Shown here: piece by piece, positions 54,201 to 61,887 of the stretch
Position numbering within the stretch: position 1 is the stretch's first letter
How the letters are laid out: each line of letters opens with the position of its first letter
From: an uncultured Eubacteriales bacterium
Lineage (GTDB): Bacteria > Bacillota > Clostridia > Tissierellales > Peptoniphilaceae
Reading direction: 5' to 3'
DNA length: 64,000 nt
NCBI GenBank assembly: GCA_900539225.1
Contig: UQBO01000001.1
Span: forward strand, 169,771-233,770
The notes under the pieces: model-generated
The model's input: only the letters and a program-made list of their open reading frames with translations
Database searches by the model: none
Told to the model about the DNA's origin: nothing
Position numbers and translations under genes: made by a program

Positions 54201-54402
54201 TAGAAAGCAAAATGATTTCGACGTGCTAGATAAGATTAAGATCTATGTTGATGCAAATGATGATTTGAAAGCTATCTTTGAAAAGTTCAAAGACTTTATA
54301 CTAAAAGAAACAGTTGCAGATAGCATTGAATACAAAGAACTTGATGTAGAAGAAACAGACTTAAATGGTAAGACTGTAAAGATATTTGTTGAAAGAATAT
54401 AA
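51292..54402 (+). CDS. ileS: Isoleucine--tRNA ligase (type 2, long form)
   Basis: HIGH-region PPTANGKPGIHH, KMSKS, the IleRS-specific CWRCHTPL motif, and a C-terminal Zn-binding extension; 1036 aa. Confidence 0.88.
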   Translation: MDLKALSNDRVADREHQISEYWKSIDLLKLTNDKRDKDNRYVFFEGPPTANGKPGIHHVSGRTLKDSVCRYKVMQGYYVNRKAGWDTHGLPVEIETEKQLGLHNKQDIEKYGVKDFNEKCKESVFKYESLWRQMTEKMAYLIDLDNPYITLDNDYIESTWHILDKMFKDGLIYEGHKIMPYCPRCGTGLASHEVAQGYEMIKSESAYVKFKKKDADNEYYLAWTTTPWTLPSNVSLTVNKDFDYIKIKHKETGEILYLAKSLFKQALEKDAENYEIIAEMKGSDLVGGEYEQLLPYLPCDKKAFFITEADYVTMEDGTGIVHTAPAFGEDDYNTSRRYDLPVLNPVDEEGKFTDTPWKGMWVMDADPLIIEELKKENKLYRKQKIEHNYPHCWRCHTPLLYYAKPSWYIEVTKFKDKIVENNNTVNWYPDYVGEKRFGFWLDNLKDWALSRSRYWGTPLPIWKCEDCGHMESVGSRKELKEKAIEDIDENIELHRPYVDDVHLECPHCHGKMTREKDVIDVWFDSGAMPFSQWHYPFEHTEDFDHKFPADFICEGIDQTRGWFYSLLAISTYMTGKAPYKNVLVNNLVLDKYGKKMSKSRGNTIDPFELFDEYGADAVRWYLLYVSPAWTTKKVDVDGLKDISSKFFNTLRNVYNFFYMYLQTDGIDPKTLDVPYEKRSDIDKWILAKYNKLLLNIEEEMDKFELTNVVRMIQDFVVEDISNWYIRRSRRRFWATELDDDKKAVLQTTYEILLGVSKVIAPFAPYTAEEFYQRLGDLESVHIDYYPKANKDLIDEKLIYKMDLVRTLVKLGRSSRENAKIKVRIPLNEIVIDGKYREDLEDLTDLIKEELNVKNVYYEDDLKKYMNFNLKPNFKVAGSILGSKIKDFTKYLLNVNSIDFVDKLDHADQTVELNGEATEIKKDYVDVRIESKEGFNVEMENGVFIILDTKLTEELLDEGYLREFISKVQQLRKQNDFDVLDKIKIYVDANDDLKAIFEKFKDFILKETVADSIEYKELDVEETDLNGKTVKIFVERI

Positions 54403-54409
54403 ATTAACT

Positions 54410-54440
54410 AAGACTAGGGCAGATGCTCTAGTCTTTTTTG
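54410..54440 (+). terminator. Rho-independent terminator for ileS
   Basis: gactagggcagatgctctagtc, then tttttt. Confidence 0.6.
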
Positions 54441-54446
54441 CACAGA

Positions 54447-54480
54447 TCAATGGCCAGAGCATTTGCTCTGGCCATTGATT
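54447..54480 (-). terminator. Perfect hairpin acting as terminator for the convergent minus-strand gene (bidirectional)
   Basis: atcaatggccagagc-atttg-ctctggccattgat with T-rich flanks. Confidence 0.55.
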
Positions 54481-54486
54481 TATAAA

Positions 54487-55959
54487 TTATTTCTTTCTCT
54501 TAATCGTATTCATTATATCTCTTGCTACGGTTCTACCTATTTGATAAGTGAAGGCACTAAAGACTCTCTTTAAAATTTTATCTGCAGTACTTTCATTTCT
54601 CTTCTTTTGATTTTGCTTTGTTCTGTATTCTTTTTGTGCATCTTTTTCAGCTTTTTCAGCTTCCATTTCTTTATTGATTTGGATGTATCTTTCACTAAGT
54701 ATCTCATATGCTGATTCTCTGTCAATTGGCTCTTTGTACTTAGAGTTAAAATCTGAATTATTAACAATCTCATTAAATACAGCTTCATCTATCATACCAA
54801 TCTTTGACATAGGTGGCCTTATAAGAGTTATCTCAGCTATGGATGGCTCACCATCTTCATTAAGCGTAGAGACCAAGGCTTCACCAGTTTTTAAATTCAG
54901 TATAGCTTTTTCGCTGTCAAAGTTTGGATTCTTCCTAAAACTATCAGCAGCATATTTAACATTCTTAATCTCATTAGGAGTGTAGGCTCTTAAAGCATGT
55001 TCGATTCTGTTAGATAATTGGCTTAAAACTTCTTCAGGTATATCCTTAGGATTTTGCGTAACGAAGAAGATACCAACACCTTTAGACCTTATAAGCTTGA
55101 TAATAGTAACGATGTTTTCAAGCATCTTTTTATTTAAGTCTTTAAAAATTAAGTGAGCCTCATCTAAGAATAATACCAGCTTTGGTTTATCAAGATCACC
55201 AACTTCATCAAGACTAGTAAATATTTGACTAAGTAGATAGATTACAACTGATTGATACATCTTTGAGTTAAGGTAGAGCTCTGTACAGTTGAGTATGTTT
55301 GCTGTGCCTTTTTCACCATTTTTCACTAATAAATCATCTACATCGAAAGATGGTTCACCAAAGAAGTCAATTGCTCCTTCATTTTCAAATCTAATAAGAG
55401 TTCTTTGTATAGCATTTATACTTTGCTTAGCAACATTGCCATATTTATTTGAAATATCACTAGAGAAGTCCGCCATATACTTAAGCATAATCTTTAGATC
55501 TTTAAAATCGATAAGCTTAAGCTCGTTCTCGTCGGCAATTTTATACATAACATCGATGACGCCGCTTTGCACATCATTCAGCCCAAGCATCTTAGATAGT
55601 AGAACTGGACCTATATCTGTAACAGATGCTCTTAGCGGAACACCTTTTTTATATATATCAAAAATTTCAACAGGGAAGCTATCAACTTGGTAGTCATCTA
55701 TACCAAGCTTAGCAAGTCTTTCATCAATCTTATCATTTCTCTCACCGTTTTCAGCTAGACTCATAATGTCGCCTTTAACATCGGTAATGAATGTGTTGAT
55801 GCCGTCGTTATTTAGCATTTCACTAATTACTTTTAATGTAACAGTCTTACCAGTACCAGTCGCTCCTGCTATGATGCCGTGTCTATTTAGCATCTTAGGG
55901 TTCAAATATACTTTTTCGTTCTCTCCACCTAGTAAATATTTCATAAAATCACCTCTCAC
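54487..55959 (-). CDS. DUF853-family NTPase (YjgR/HerA-like P-loop ATPase)
   Basis: GIIAGATGTGKTVTLKVISE Walker A. About 490 aa with a basic C-terminal tail. The start may be MKYLL at 55942. Confidence 0.7.
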   Translation of the reverse strand: MRGDFMKYLLGGENEKVYLNPKMLNRHGIIAGATGTGKTVTLKVISEMLNNDGINTFITDVKGDIMSLAENGERNDKIDERLAKLGIDDYQVDSFPVEIFDIYKKGVPLRASVTDIGPVLLSKMLGLNDVQSGVIDVMYKIADENELKLIDFKDLKIMLKYMADFSSDISNKYGNVAKQSINAIQRTLIRFENEGAIDFFGEPSFDVDDLLVKNGEKGTANILNCTELYLNSKMYQSVVIYLLSQIFTSLDEVGDLDKPKLVLFLDEAHLIFKDLNKKMLENIVTIIKLIRSKGVGIFFVTQNPKDIPEEVLSQLSNRIEHALRAYTPNEIKNVKYAADSFRKNPNFDSEKAILNLKTGEALVSTLNEDGEPSIAEITLIRPPMSKIGMIDEAVFNEIVNNSDFNSKYKEPIDRESAYEILSERYIQINKEMEAEKAEKDAQKEYRTKQNQKKRNESTADKILKRVFSAFTYQIGRTVARDIMNTIKRKK

Positions 55960-56059
55960 AACTATTATAACACATTTTCATCTTTAAAAATAGTCTTGCA
56001 AAATAATAATTTATATGATAATATAAATATGTGAAAGATTAAATTTTAAGGAGGATATT

Positions 56060-56812
56060 TTGGAAATAAATAAGGAAGTAGTCGCTAAAGTATGCGGCAA
56101 AGAAATTAAAAAAGAAGACGTTGTAAACTTTGCAAATATGCTTGGACCACAACTAACTATGCAGTTCCAATCAAAGGACGGAGTTAAAAAATTAGTTGAA
56201 GAGATGGTTAATCAAGCGATGTTATATAATAATGCTATCGATGAAAAACTAGACGAGAGTGAAGAGTATAAAGCTGAGATGGCAAAGGCTAAAGAAAATA
56301 TCTTAACTAATATAGCTTTTAAAAAGGCTCTTGAATGTGAAGAAGCGACAGATGAAGAACTTAAAAACTATTATAACGAATTTAAGGATGAATTTTCTGA
56401 ACCTGAATCAAGATCTGCTAGCCATATCTTAGTTGATAATGAAGATAAAGCAAAGGATATCAAGGCTAAAATTGATAAGGGCGAGGACTTTGCAAGCCTT
56501 GCTCAAGAACACTCTGCATGCCCATCTAAGGCTAATAGTGGAGACTTAGGTACATTCCATAGAGGACAAATGGTTAAGGAATTTGACGACAAGGTATTCT
56601 CAATGAAGCTTGGAGAAGTTTCTGAGCCAGTTAAGACTCAATTTGGCTATCATATAATCAAGTTAAATAAGATTAATGATGCAAAAGCTAGATCATTTGA
56701 TGAAGTTAAAGATGAAGTGCGTGCTCATGTTATGCAAATTAAACAAATGAACGCATTTAAGGCAGTAATTGACAGCTTAAAGGATAAATACAAACCAGAA
56801 ATATTTGTTTAA
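56060..56812 (+). CDS. Parvulin-type peptidyl-prolyl cis-trans isomerase (PpiC/PrsA-like, no signal peptide); TTG start
   Basis: SASHILVDNEDKAKDIKAKIDKGEDFASLAQEHSACPSKANSGDLGTFHRGQMVKEFDDKVF...GYHIIKL parvulin domain. Confidence 0.8.
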   Translation: MEINKEVVAKVCGKEIKKEDVVNFANMLGPQLTMQFQSKDGVKKLVEEMVNQAMLYNNAIDEKLDESEEYKAEMAKAKENILTNIAFKKALECEEATDEELKNYYNEFKDEFSEPESRSASHILVDNEDKAKDIKAKIDKGEDFASLAQEHSACPSKANSGDLGTFHRGQMVKEFDDKVFSMKLGEVSEPVKTQFGYHIIKLNKINDAKARSFDEVKDEVRAHVMQIKQMNAFKAVIDSLKDKYKPEIFV

Positions 56813-56831
56813 TGAAAGGATATGAGAGCTG

Positions 56832-58169
56832 ATGAGGCTTGAATTATTTGATTTTATTGATGACACTATAGATTTACTTGAAGAAAATAATGATAAATTG
56901 GAAGAAGTATTAGAGATTTTGGAAAATTTCTTTACTAATACATTCTGTGCTAAGGATCACTTTCTAGCTGCTAGAGGCAGAGTTAAGGAAGCTACTTCAC
57001 TTAGAGAGAAGATACTTAGAAACAATTTATACACTGAGTACAAGACGCCAGAGAACCTTATGGAGAACATCTCAGATATCATAGGTGTTAGAATTGAATG
57101 TAGGTTCATTGACGACGAAAAGAAAATTTATAGAGACTTACTAAACTTATTCAATTATAAAGAGGACAGGGGATACTACTCAAGCCATATCAATAAAAAG
57201 ATATATCTAAAGCTATCTGAAGAGCAGCCACAATTACAAAAGAATGGTTTTGAGATCTACAAGATAGATGGCAAGTATGTTGATGATGACGGCAAGAAGA
57301 TTCACTTTGAGCTTCAAATAAAGTCACTAGTCAATGTATTCTGGGGAGACATAGACCACAAAGTCCTATATAAGAACTACAACTACGTACTTACAGAAGA
57401 TTTCTTTATAGACATCATGGCAACTATTAAGGATAATTTAACTATGGTTGATAGACAGCTTATGAGTGTTTATAACCATCTTAATAGGTCTGACTCAAGT
57501 GTGCAGGTTAATAAGAAGAAGCAACTTGTTAAGCTTGTATCAAAGACTATACACGATATATTTAAATCAAAGGTTAAGAGCGATTTAGGTTATATTATTG
57601 ACTACAAGGACTCCTGCGACATGATTAGCGAGTACTTATTTATGAAGGCTCAAAGAAAATCTGCTAAAGATATATCACAAGAGTTTGTTGATTTAGTAGG
57701 AAGATTATCAGATATACAGGAAAATCTTGGCCCTATAACAAACTATATAGAGTTTGAGAGAAAGCCTGTGTTTAACGATACTTTCACTCAAAGCTTAGGT
57801 GACGAAATACTAAAACTTATAAATACTGATTTTAAGTGGAATTTATTCTTTAGGATAATATTTATTATTGAAAAGGGTACTAATGTTGAAGACTTTGAAG
57901 GCTTCATAATATTCTTAAGATACAAGTTCTATGAATCAGTTGCTCTAAGCATTAGAAATAAGGATATGTCAAAGGAAGAGAAAGAGTTTATAATTAACTA
58001 CTACCTTGATCAAATAAGCTATGATTTTAAGAAAAAACCCGAACTTTCATTTATAACTGATGAAAATATTAACGAAATTAATAAAAATATTAGTCTCGAA
58101 TTAGTTAATATATCTAATTTTGAGGACTTTTCCGAACAAATTTTAGAAAGAGGAGAAACAGATGAGTAA
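56832..58169 (+). CDS. RelA/SpoT-homolog (small-alarmone-synthetase-like) nucleotidyltransferase-domain protein with a roughly 230-aa C-terminal extension of unknown function
   Basis: ARGRVKEATSLREKI...ISDIIGVRIECRFIDD...GYYSSHI...KIHFELQIKSLVNVFWGDIDHKVLYK parallels the RelQ/SAS motifs (RVKS...DIAGIRVIC.F.DD...GY.S.H...VEIQIRT...W...EH...YK). Confidence 0.6.
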   Translation: MRLELFDFIDDTIDLLEENNDKLEEVLEILENFFTNTFCAKDHFLAARGRVKEATSLREKILRNNLYTEYKTPENLMENISDIIGVRIECRFIDDEKKIYRDLLNLFNYKEDRGYYSSHINKKIYLKLSEEQPQLQKNGFEIYKIDGKYVDDDGKKIHFELQIKSLVNVFWGDIDHKVLYKNYNYVLTEDFFIDIMATIKDNLTMVDRQLMSVYNHLNRSDSSVQVNKKKQLVKLVSKTIHDIFKSKVKSDLGYIIDYKDSCDMISEYLFMKAQRKSAKDISQEFVDLVGRLSDIQENLGPITNYIEFERKPVFNDTFTQSLGDEILKLINTDFKWNLFFRIIFIIEKGTNVEDFEGFIIFLRYKFYESVALSIRNKDMSKEEKEFIINYYLDQISYDFKKKPELSFITDENINEINKNISLELVNISNFEDFSEQILERGETDE

Positions 58170-58512
58170 AGATAAAGATTTTATTGACGAACACGATTGC
58201 TGCTGCCACGACGAAGACTGCGGCTGCGGACATGATCACGAACATGATGATTGCGACTGTGAAGACACAATGATCATCACTTTAGATGACGGAACAGAGC
58301 TTGAATGCGCTGTACTTGATCTATTTAATTACAAAGGAGACGACTACATTTTCTTGTTCCCACTAGACGTAGAAGAGGAAGAAGAGTACGTTTATCCTTA
58401 TAAGTACATCGAGCATGAAAATGATGTCGATGTTGAACTAGAAGTCGTAGATGACGCAATCATAGACGAACTTATGGAAGAATTTTATAATAAAAACGAG
58501 GTAGATGAGTAA
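58162..58512 (+). CDS. DUF1292-family protein with a Cys/His/Asp-rich N-terminal extension
   Basis: The core MIITLDDGTELECAVLDLFNYKGDDYIFLFP matches DUF1292. It is preceded by DEHDCCCHDEDCGCGHDHEHDDCDCED. Confidence 0.6.
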   Translation: MSKDKDFIDEHDCCCHDEDCGCGHDHEHDDCDCEDTMIITLDDGTELECAVLDLFNYKGDDYIFLFPLDVEEEEEYVYPYKYIEHENDVDVELEVVDDAIIDELMEEFYNKNEVDE

Positions 58513-59464
58513 TATTATAAGCTTTGAGGAAGAGAAAAAACTCTATAGAGTCTACTCGGAGTACTTAAGAAATAAATTTCACACTAAGGTTTATAAGCTT
58601 CCTATCAGTCTAAACATAACTTGTCCCAATAGAGACGGATCAAAGGCTTATGGCGGCTGCATCTTTTGCACAGCAGAGGGAGGCAGCTTTGAGAATTTGT
58701 CTAATAAACTATCTGTTAAAGAGCAGATTGAGCAAAACAAGATAAATATCACGAAGAACCATAAGGCTACTAAGTTCATAGCTTATTTCCAAAACTTTTC
58801 TAATACTTATATGCCACTAGATCAGTTTAAGGAAAATATTATGAACGCGATTCAGGAAGATGTTGTTGGAATTAACATATCGACAAGGCCTGATTTAATC
58901 TTTGATGATTACATGAAGTTTTTGAAGGATGTAAAGGATGAGTATAATCTTGAGATAACTGTTGAACTGGGCTTACAGAGCTCAAATGATGAGACGCTTA
59001 AGATATTAAACCGTTGTCATAGTACTAATGACTATATCAATGCATGTCAAACATTATCAAAGTACGGAATAAGAAAGGCAGCTCACTTGATACTTGATTT
59101 GCCATGGGATAGCGTAGAAGACATATATAATGACGCTAGGCTCATTAACATGACAAAGACGGATGAAGTAAAACTTCATAGCTTATACATAATGGAAGGT
59201 ACTAAGATAGCCCAGATGTATAAAGCTCATGAGTTTAAACTATTAAACAGAGAAGACTATGTAGATAGAGTAGAAATTTTCTTAACTCATATAAAAGATG
59301 ATATAATTATACAAAGATTGGTCGGAAGATCCGATGAAGAGGGAACGATTCATTGCAACTGGGGCGAATCTTGGTGGAGAATAAAAGATTCCATATTAGA
59401 ACAAATGAAAAGAAAATCAAATTACCAAGGTAAATATTTTAAGGAGGATGATTTTTATGGTTAA
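58505..59464 (+). CDS. Radical SAM protein, TIGR01212 family (YhcC/YtqA-like)
   Basis: CPNRDGSKAYGGCIFC, a non-canonical radical SAM cysteine motif typical of TIGR01212. Confidence 0.75.
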   Translation: MSNIISFEEEKKLYRVYSEYLRNKFHTKVYKLPISLNITCPNRDGSKAYGGCIFCTAEGGSFENLSNKLSVKEQIEQNKINITKNHKATKFIAYFQNFSNTYMPLDQFKENIMNAIQEDVVGINISTRPDLIFDDYMKFLKDVKDEYNLEITVELGLQSSNDETLKILNRCHSTNDYINACQTLSKYGIRKAAHLILDLPWDSVEDIYNDARLINMTKTDEVKLHSLYIMEGTKIAQMYKAHEFKLLNREDYVDRVEIFLTHIKDDIIIQRLVGRSDEEGTIHCNWGESWWRIKDSILEQMKRKSNYQGKYFKEDDFYG

Positions 59465-59876
59465 ATTAATCTTAGGAGCAAAAGGTGCAGGAAAGACTAA
59501 GTGGTTAATCAATGGTGCTAACGATGACATTAAGTCAGGTAACGGCAACATTACGTTCTTAGATGTTGAGGACGAACACATATTTTCTCTAGACACTAAC
59601 GTTAGACTTATTAACTTAAGCGACTACAGTGTAAATTCTATTGAAAAGTTCTATGGCTTCTTGCTTGGAATGCTATCTATGGACTTCGACCTAGAAAAAA
59701 TTTATATCGACAGTATTTATAAGATTATCGATATTAAGAAAGAAGATTTAAAATGCTTAGTAAAGAATTTAGATGAAATTTCTGAAAAGCATGATGTAGA
59801 CATACTTATCAACGTTGACTACGTAGCTGATGAAGTAGACAGTGACTTAAGGAGTTATGTAGAAGAAGTTAAATAA
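59457..59876 (+). CDS. Small P-loop (Walker A) protein of unknown function
   Basis: MVKLILGAKGAGKTKWL. GGAGG RBS 9 nt upstream of the ATG at 59457; overlaps the radical SAM gene stop. Confidence 0.45.
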   Translation: MVKLILGAKGAGKTKWLINGANDDIKSGNGNITFLDVEDEHIFSLDTNVRLINLSDYSVNSIEKFYGFLLGMLSMDFDLEKIYIDSIYKIIDIKKEDLKCLVKNLDEISEKHDVDILINVDYVADEVDSDLRSYVEEVK

Positions 59877-59893
59877 TTAGAAAGTGGTATTTA

Positions 59894-60445
59894 ATGCTTT
59901 ATGTAAAGAGGAAGAATCTTTTTGAGGTATTTTTAGAGAAGAGACATTCTTTGATCATACAGTTCAACAACGGTGACTTGACGAAGAAGGAGTTTCTTCA
60001 AGAGAATTTCAATTTTATTACTAGTCTAAACATCAAACCTTTTATTAAGATTGATTCATTTGAAAAGGGCATGTTTAACTACCAATACTATAACTCACTT
60101 GCTAAATATTATCTGATGCTTGCAAACGAGATAAAAAACACAAACAAGCACAAAAAGTACTTTGTTGAGTACAAAAATACTGGGCTAAGTTTGTATCATC
60201 AAAAAGATTTAACGACTATAAGCATACTAAGGCTGGTTGACTTTGAGAATGTTGATGCGTACTACGTTAAAACAAATTCAAAGTTCTTAAATGGCAAGCT
60301 TTATGAGATAGTCTTAAGTGACTATAATGAAGCAATCTTCCATTCGAAAGCTTTGTGGCTTGTAGACATTTTGAGAGAGAAGAACGTTTTTAGTGAAAAG
60401 AAGAAAGAGTCGGTAATAGATTCGTATATAAATAAACTCTACTAG
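59894..60445 (+). CDS. Hypothetical protein (183 aa), last gene of the operon
   Basis: ORF with an RBS; no recognisable motifs. Confidence 0.4.
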   Translation: MLYVKRKNLFEVFLEKRHSLIIQFNNGDLTKKEFLQENFNFITSLNIKPFIKIDSFEKGMFNYQYYNSLAKYYLMLANEIKNTNKHKKYFVEYKNTGLSLYHQKDLTTISILRLVDFENVDAYYVKTNSKFLNGKLYEIVLSDYNEAIFHSKALWLVDILREKNVFSEKKKESVIDSYINKLY

Positions 60446-60470
60446 TTTTAGTAGAGTTTGTTTTTTATAT
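60434..60470 (+). terminator. Terminator hairpin overlapping the stop codon of the operon's last gene
   Basis: ctctactag-tttt-agtagag hairpin, then tttgtttttt. Convergent with fetB. Confidence 0.5.
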
Positions 60471-60481
60471 TGACTTTTCTA

Positions 60482-61252
60482 TTAGAATAGAATTTGCTCT
60501 CTATCGTTAAAGAAAGCTTTGTATGCAAGCGAAGTAAATATGCTTGTAGTGATACCGACAGTGCCGACTATGGCTATCATGATCGTTATTTGATATAGTA
60601 TAGCAGACATCGGGTCTGTGCCAGATAGTATTTGTCCAGTCATCATGCCAGGCAAAAGCACTATGCCCATGCCGAGCATTGAGTTAAGTGTCGGTAGTAT
60701 GGCTGAGCTAAATGCTTTTCTCGATATTCTTAACACAGCATCCTTAGGTTTTGCACCAAGCATAAGTGCCGACTCAATCGTATCTCTTTGATCATTAAGA
60801 GAATTTTTATAAGAGTTAATCGCAAGACTCATGCCTGTCATTGTATTACCGATAAGCATTCCTGAGATAGTTATGAAATACCTTGGGTCGTACCATGGTC
60901 TAACGCCTACAACGACTATGATGTAGTAGAATATTGACACTAAACTTGATCCTATAAAGCATATTGCTATAAGCTCTTTAAGCTTGATAGATTTAACCTT
61001 GCTTCTTTTGTATACATTAAATATTGCAAACGCTTCCATAATTATAAGTATCAAAATTGTTATCCATGGACTATCGCTCTTTAGAATGTATTTTAGTAAG
61101 TAGCCTGTTATAATTAATTGGATTGTCATTCTTAGTGAAGCGACTATGATTAGTCCTTGATTTGATAGACCCTTTATCTTTGAAATTACTAGCAGTACTA
61201 TGATAAATACAAAAGATAGGGAGAGCTGTAATATTGAAATTTCAGTTAACAT
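60482..61252 (-). CDS. fetB: ABC exporter permease, FetB/YbbM (UPF0014) family
   Basis: About 250 aa polytopic permease translationally coupled to the upstream ABC ATPase. ATG at 61252 with an AAGGAGG RBS. Confidence 0.65.
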   Translation of the reverse strand: MLTEISILQLSLSFVFIIVLLVISKIKGLSNQGLIIVASLRMTIQLIITGYLLKYILKSDSPWITILILIIMEAFAIFNVYKRSKVKSIKLKELIAICFIGSSLVSIFYYIIVVVGVRPWYDPRYFITISGMLIGNTMTGMSLAINSYKNSLNDQRDTIESALMLGAKPKDAVLRISRKAFSSAILPTLNSMLGMGIVLLPGMMTGQILSGTDPMSAILYQITIMIAIVGTVGITTSIFTSLAYKAFFNDREQILF

Positions 61253-61253
61253 A

Positions 61254-61886
61254 CTAGGCCTCCTTAATCGTCGCAATCTTATTCTTGATGCTAATCACTT
61301 GATCAGCAAGGGAGAATATTTTTTCTGAGTGCGATACAATAATTATCTTCTTATCTCTTTCTTTTAAGTACTTAATCACATTACTTATAAGCTTGTATTC
61401 GGTCTTTTCATCAAGTGAGGATGTTGGCTCGTCAAATAGATAGACTTCAGCATCCATTGCCAAGACCCTCGCTATCGATAGTCTAGTCTTTTCTCCGCCA
61501 GAGAAGTCCTTTGGATTATCATTAAGATCTTTATCAAGCAAAACTATATCAAGCAGTTCTTTTAGTTTCGCATCATCAAGAGCGTCTATACCACTGAATT
61601 TTCTAGCTATATTTAAATTGTATCTCACATCGCCTTCGAAGATAGCGGGGAATTGAGACTGCATAATAACTTTTCTTCTTAATTCATGTGCTTTATATGT
61701 CTTAATATTGTCGCCTTTGTATAAAATATCGCCGCTATCAGGGCTTATAAGGTCATCAAGCATTTTTAAGAGAGTAGATTTACCGCTGCCACTCGGACCC
61801 ATAATCATAGTTAGGCCATTATCATCAATAGACAGATGCTCTATGCTAAGAATATCTTTGAATTTTATATTTTTTAGTTCAAACAT
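61254..61886 (-). CDS. fetA: ABC transporter ATP-binding protein, FetA/YbbL-like
   Basis: Walker A GPSGSGKSTLL, signature FSGGEKTRLSIAR, Walker B YLFDEPTSSLD. Confidence 0.8.
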   Translation of the reverse strand: MFELKNIKFKDILSIEHLSIDDNGLTMIMGPSGSGKSTLLKMLDDLISPDSGDILYKGDNIKTYKAHELRRKVIMQSQFPAIFEGDVRYNLNIARKFSGIDALDDAKLKELLDIVLLDKDLNDNPKDFSGGEKTRLSIARVLAMDAEVYLFDEPTSSLDEKTEYKLISNVIKYLKERDKKIIIVSHSEKIFSLADQVISIKNKIATIKEA

Positions 61887-61887
61887 C

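Noticed and set aside
54674-55693. Two + strand ORFs (103 and 134 aa)
   Set aside because: They are antisense within the strongly supported minus-strand DUF853 ATPase gene.
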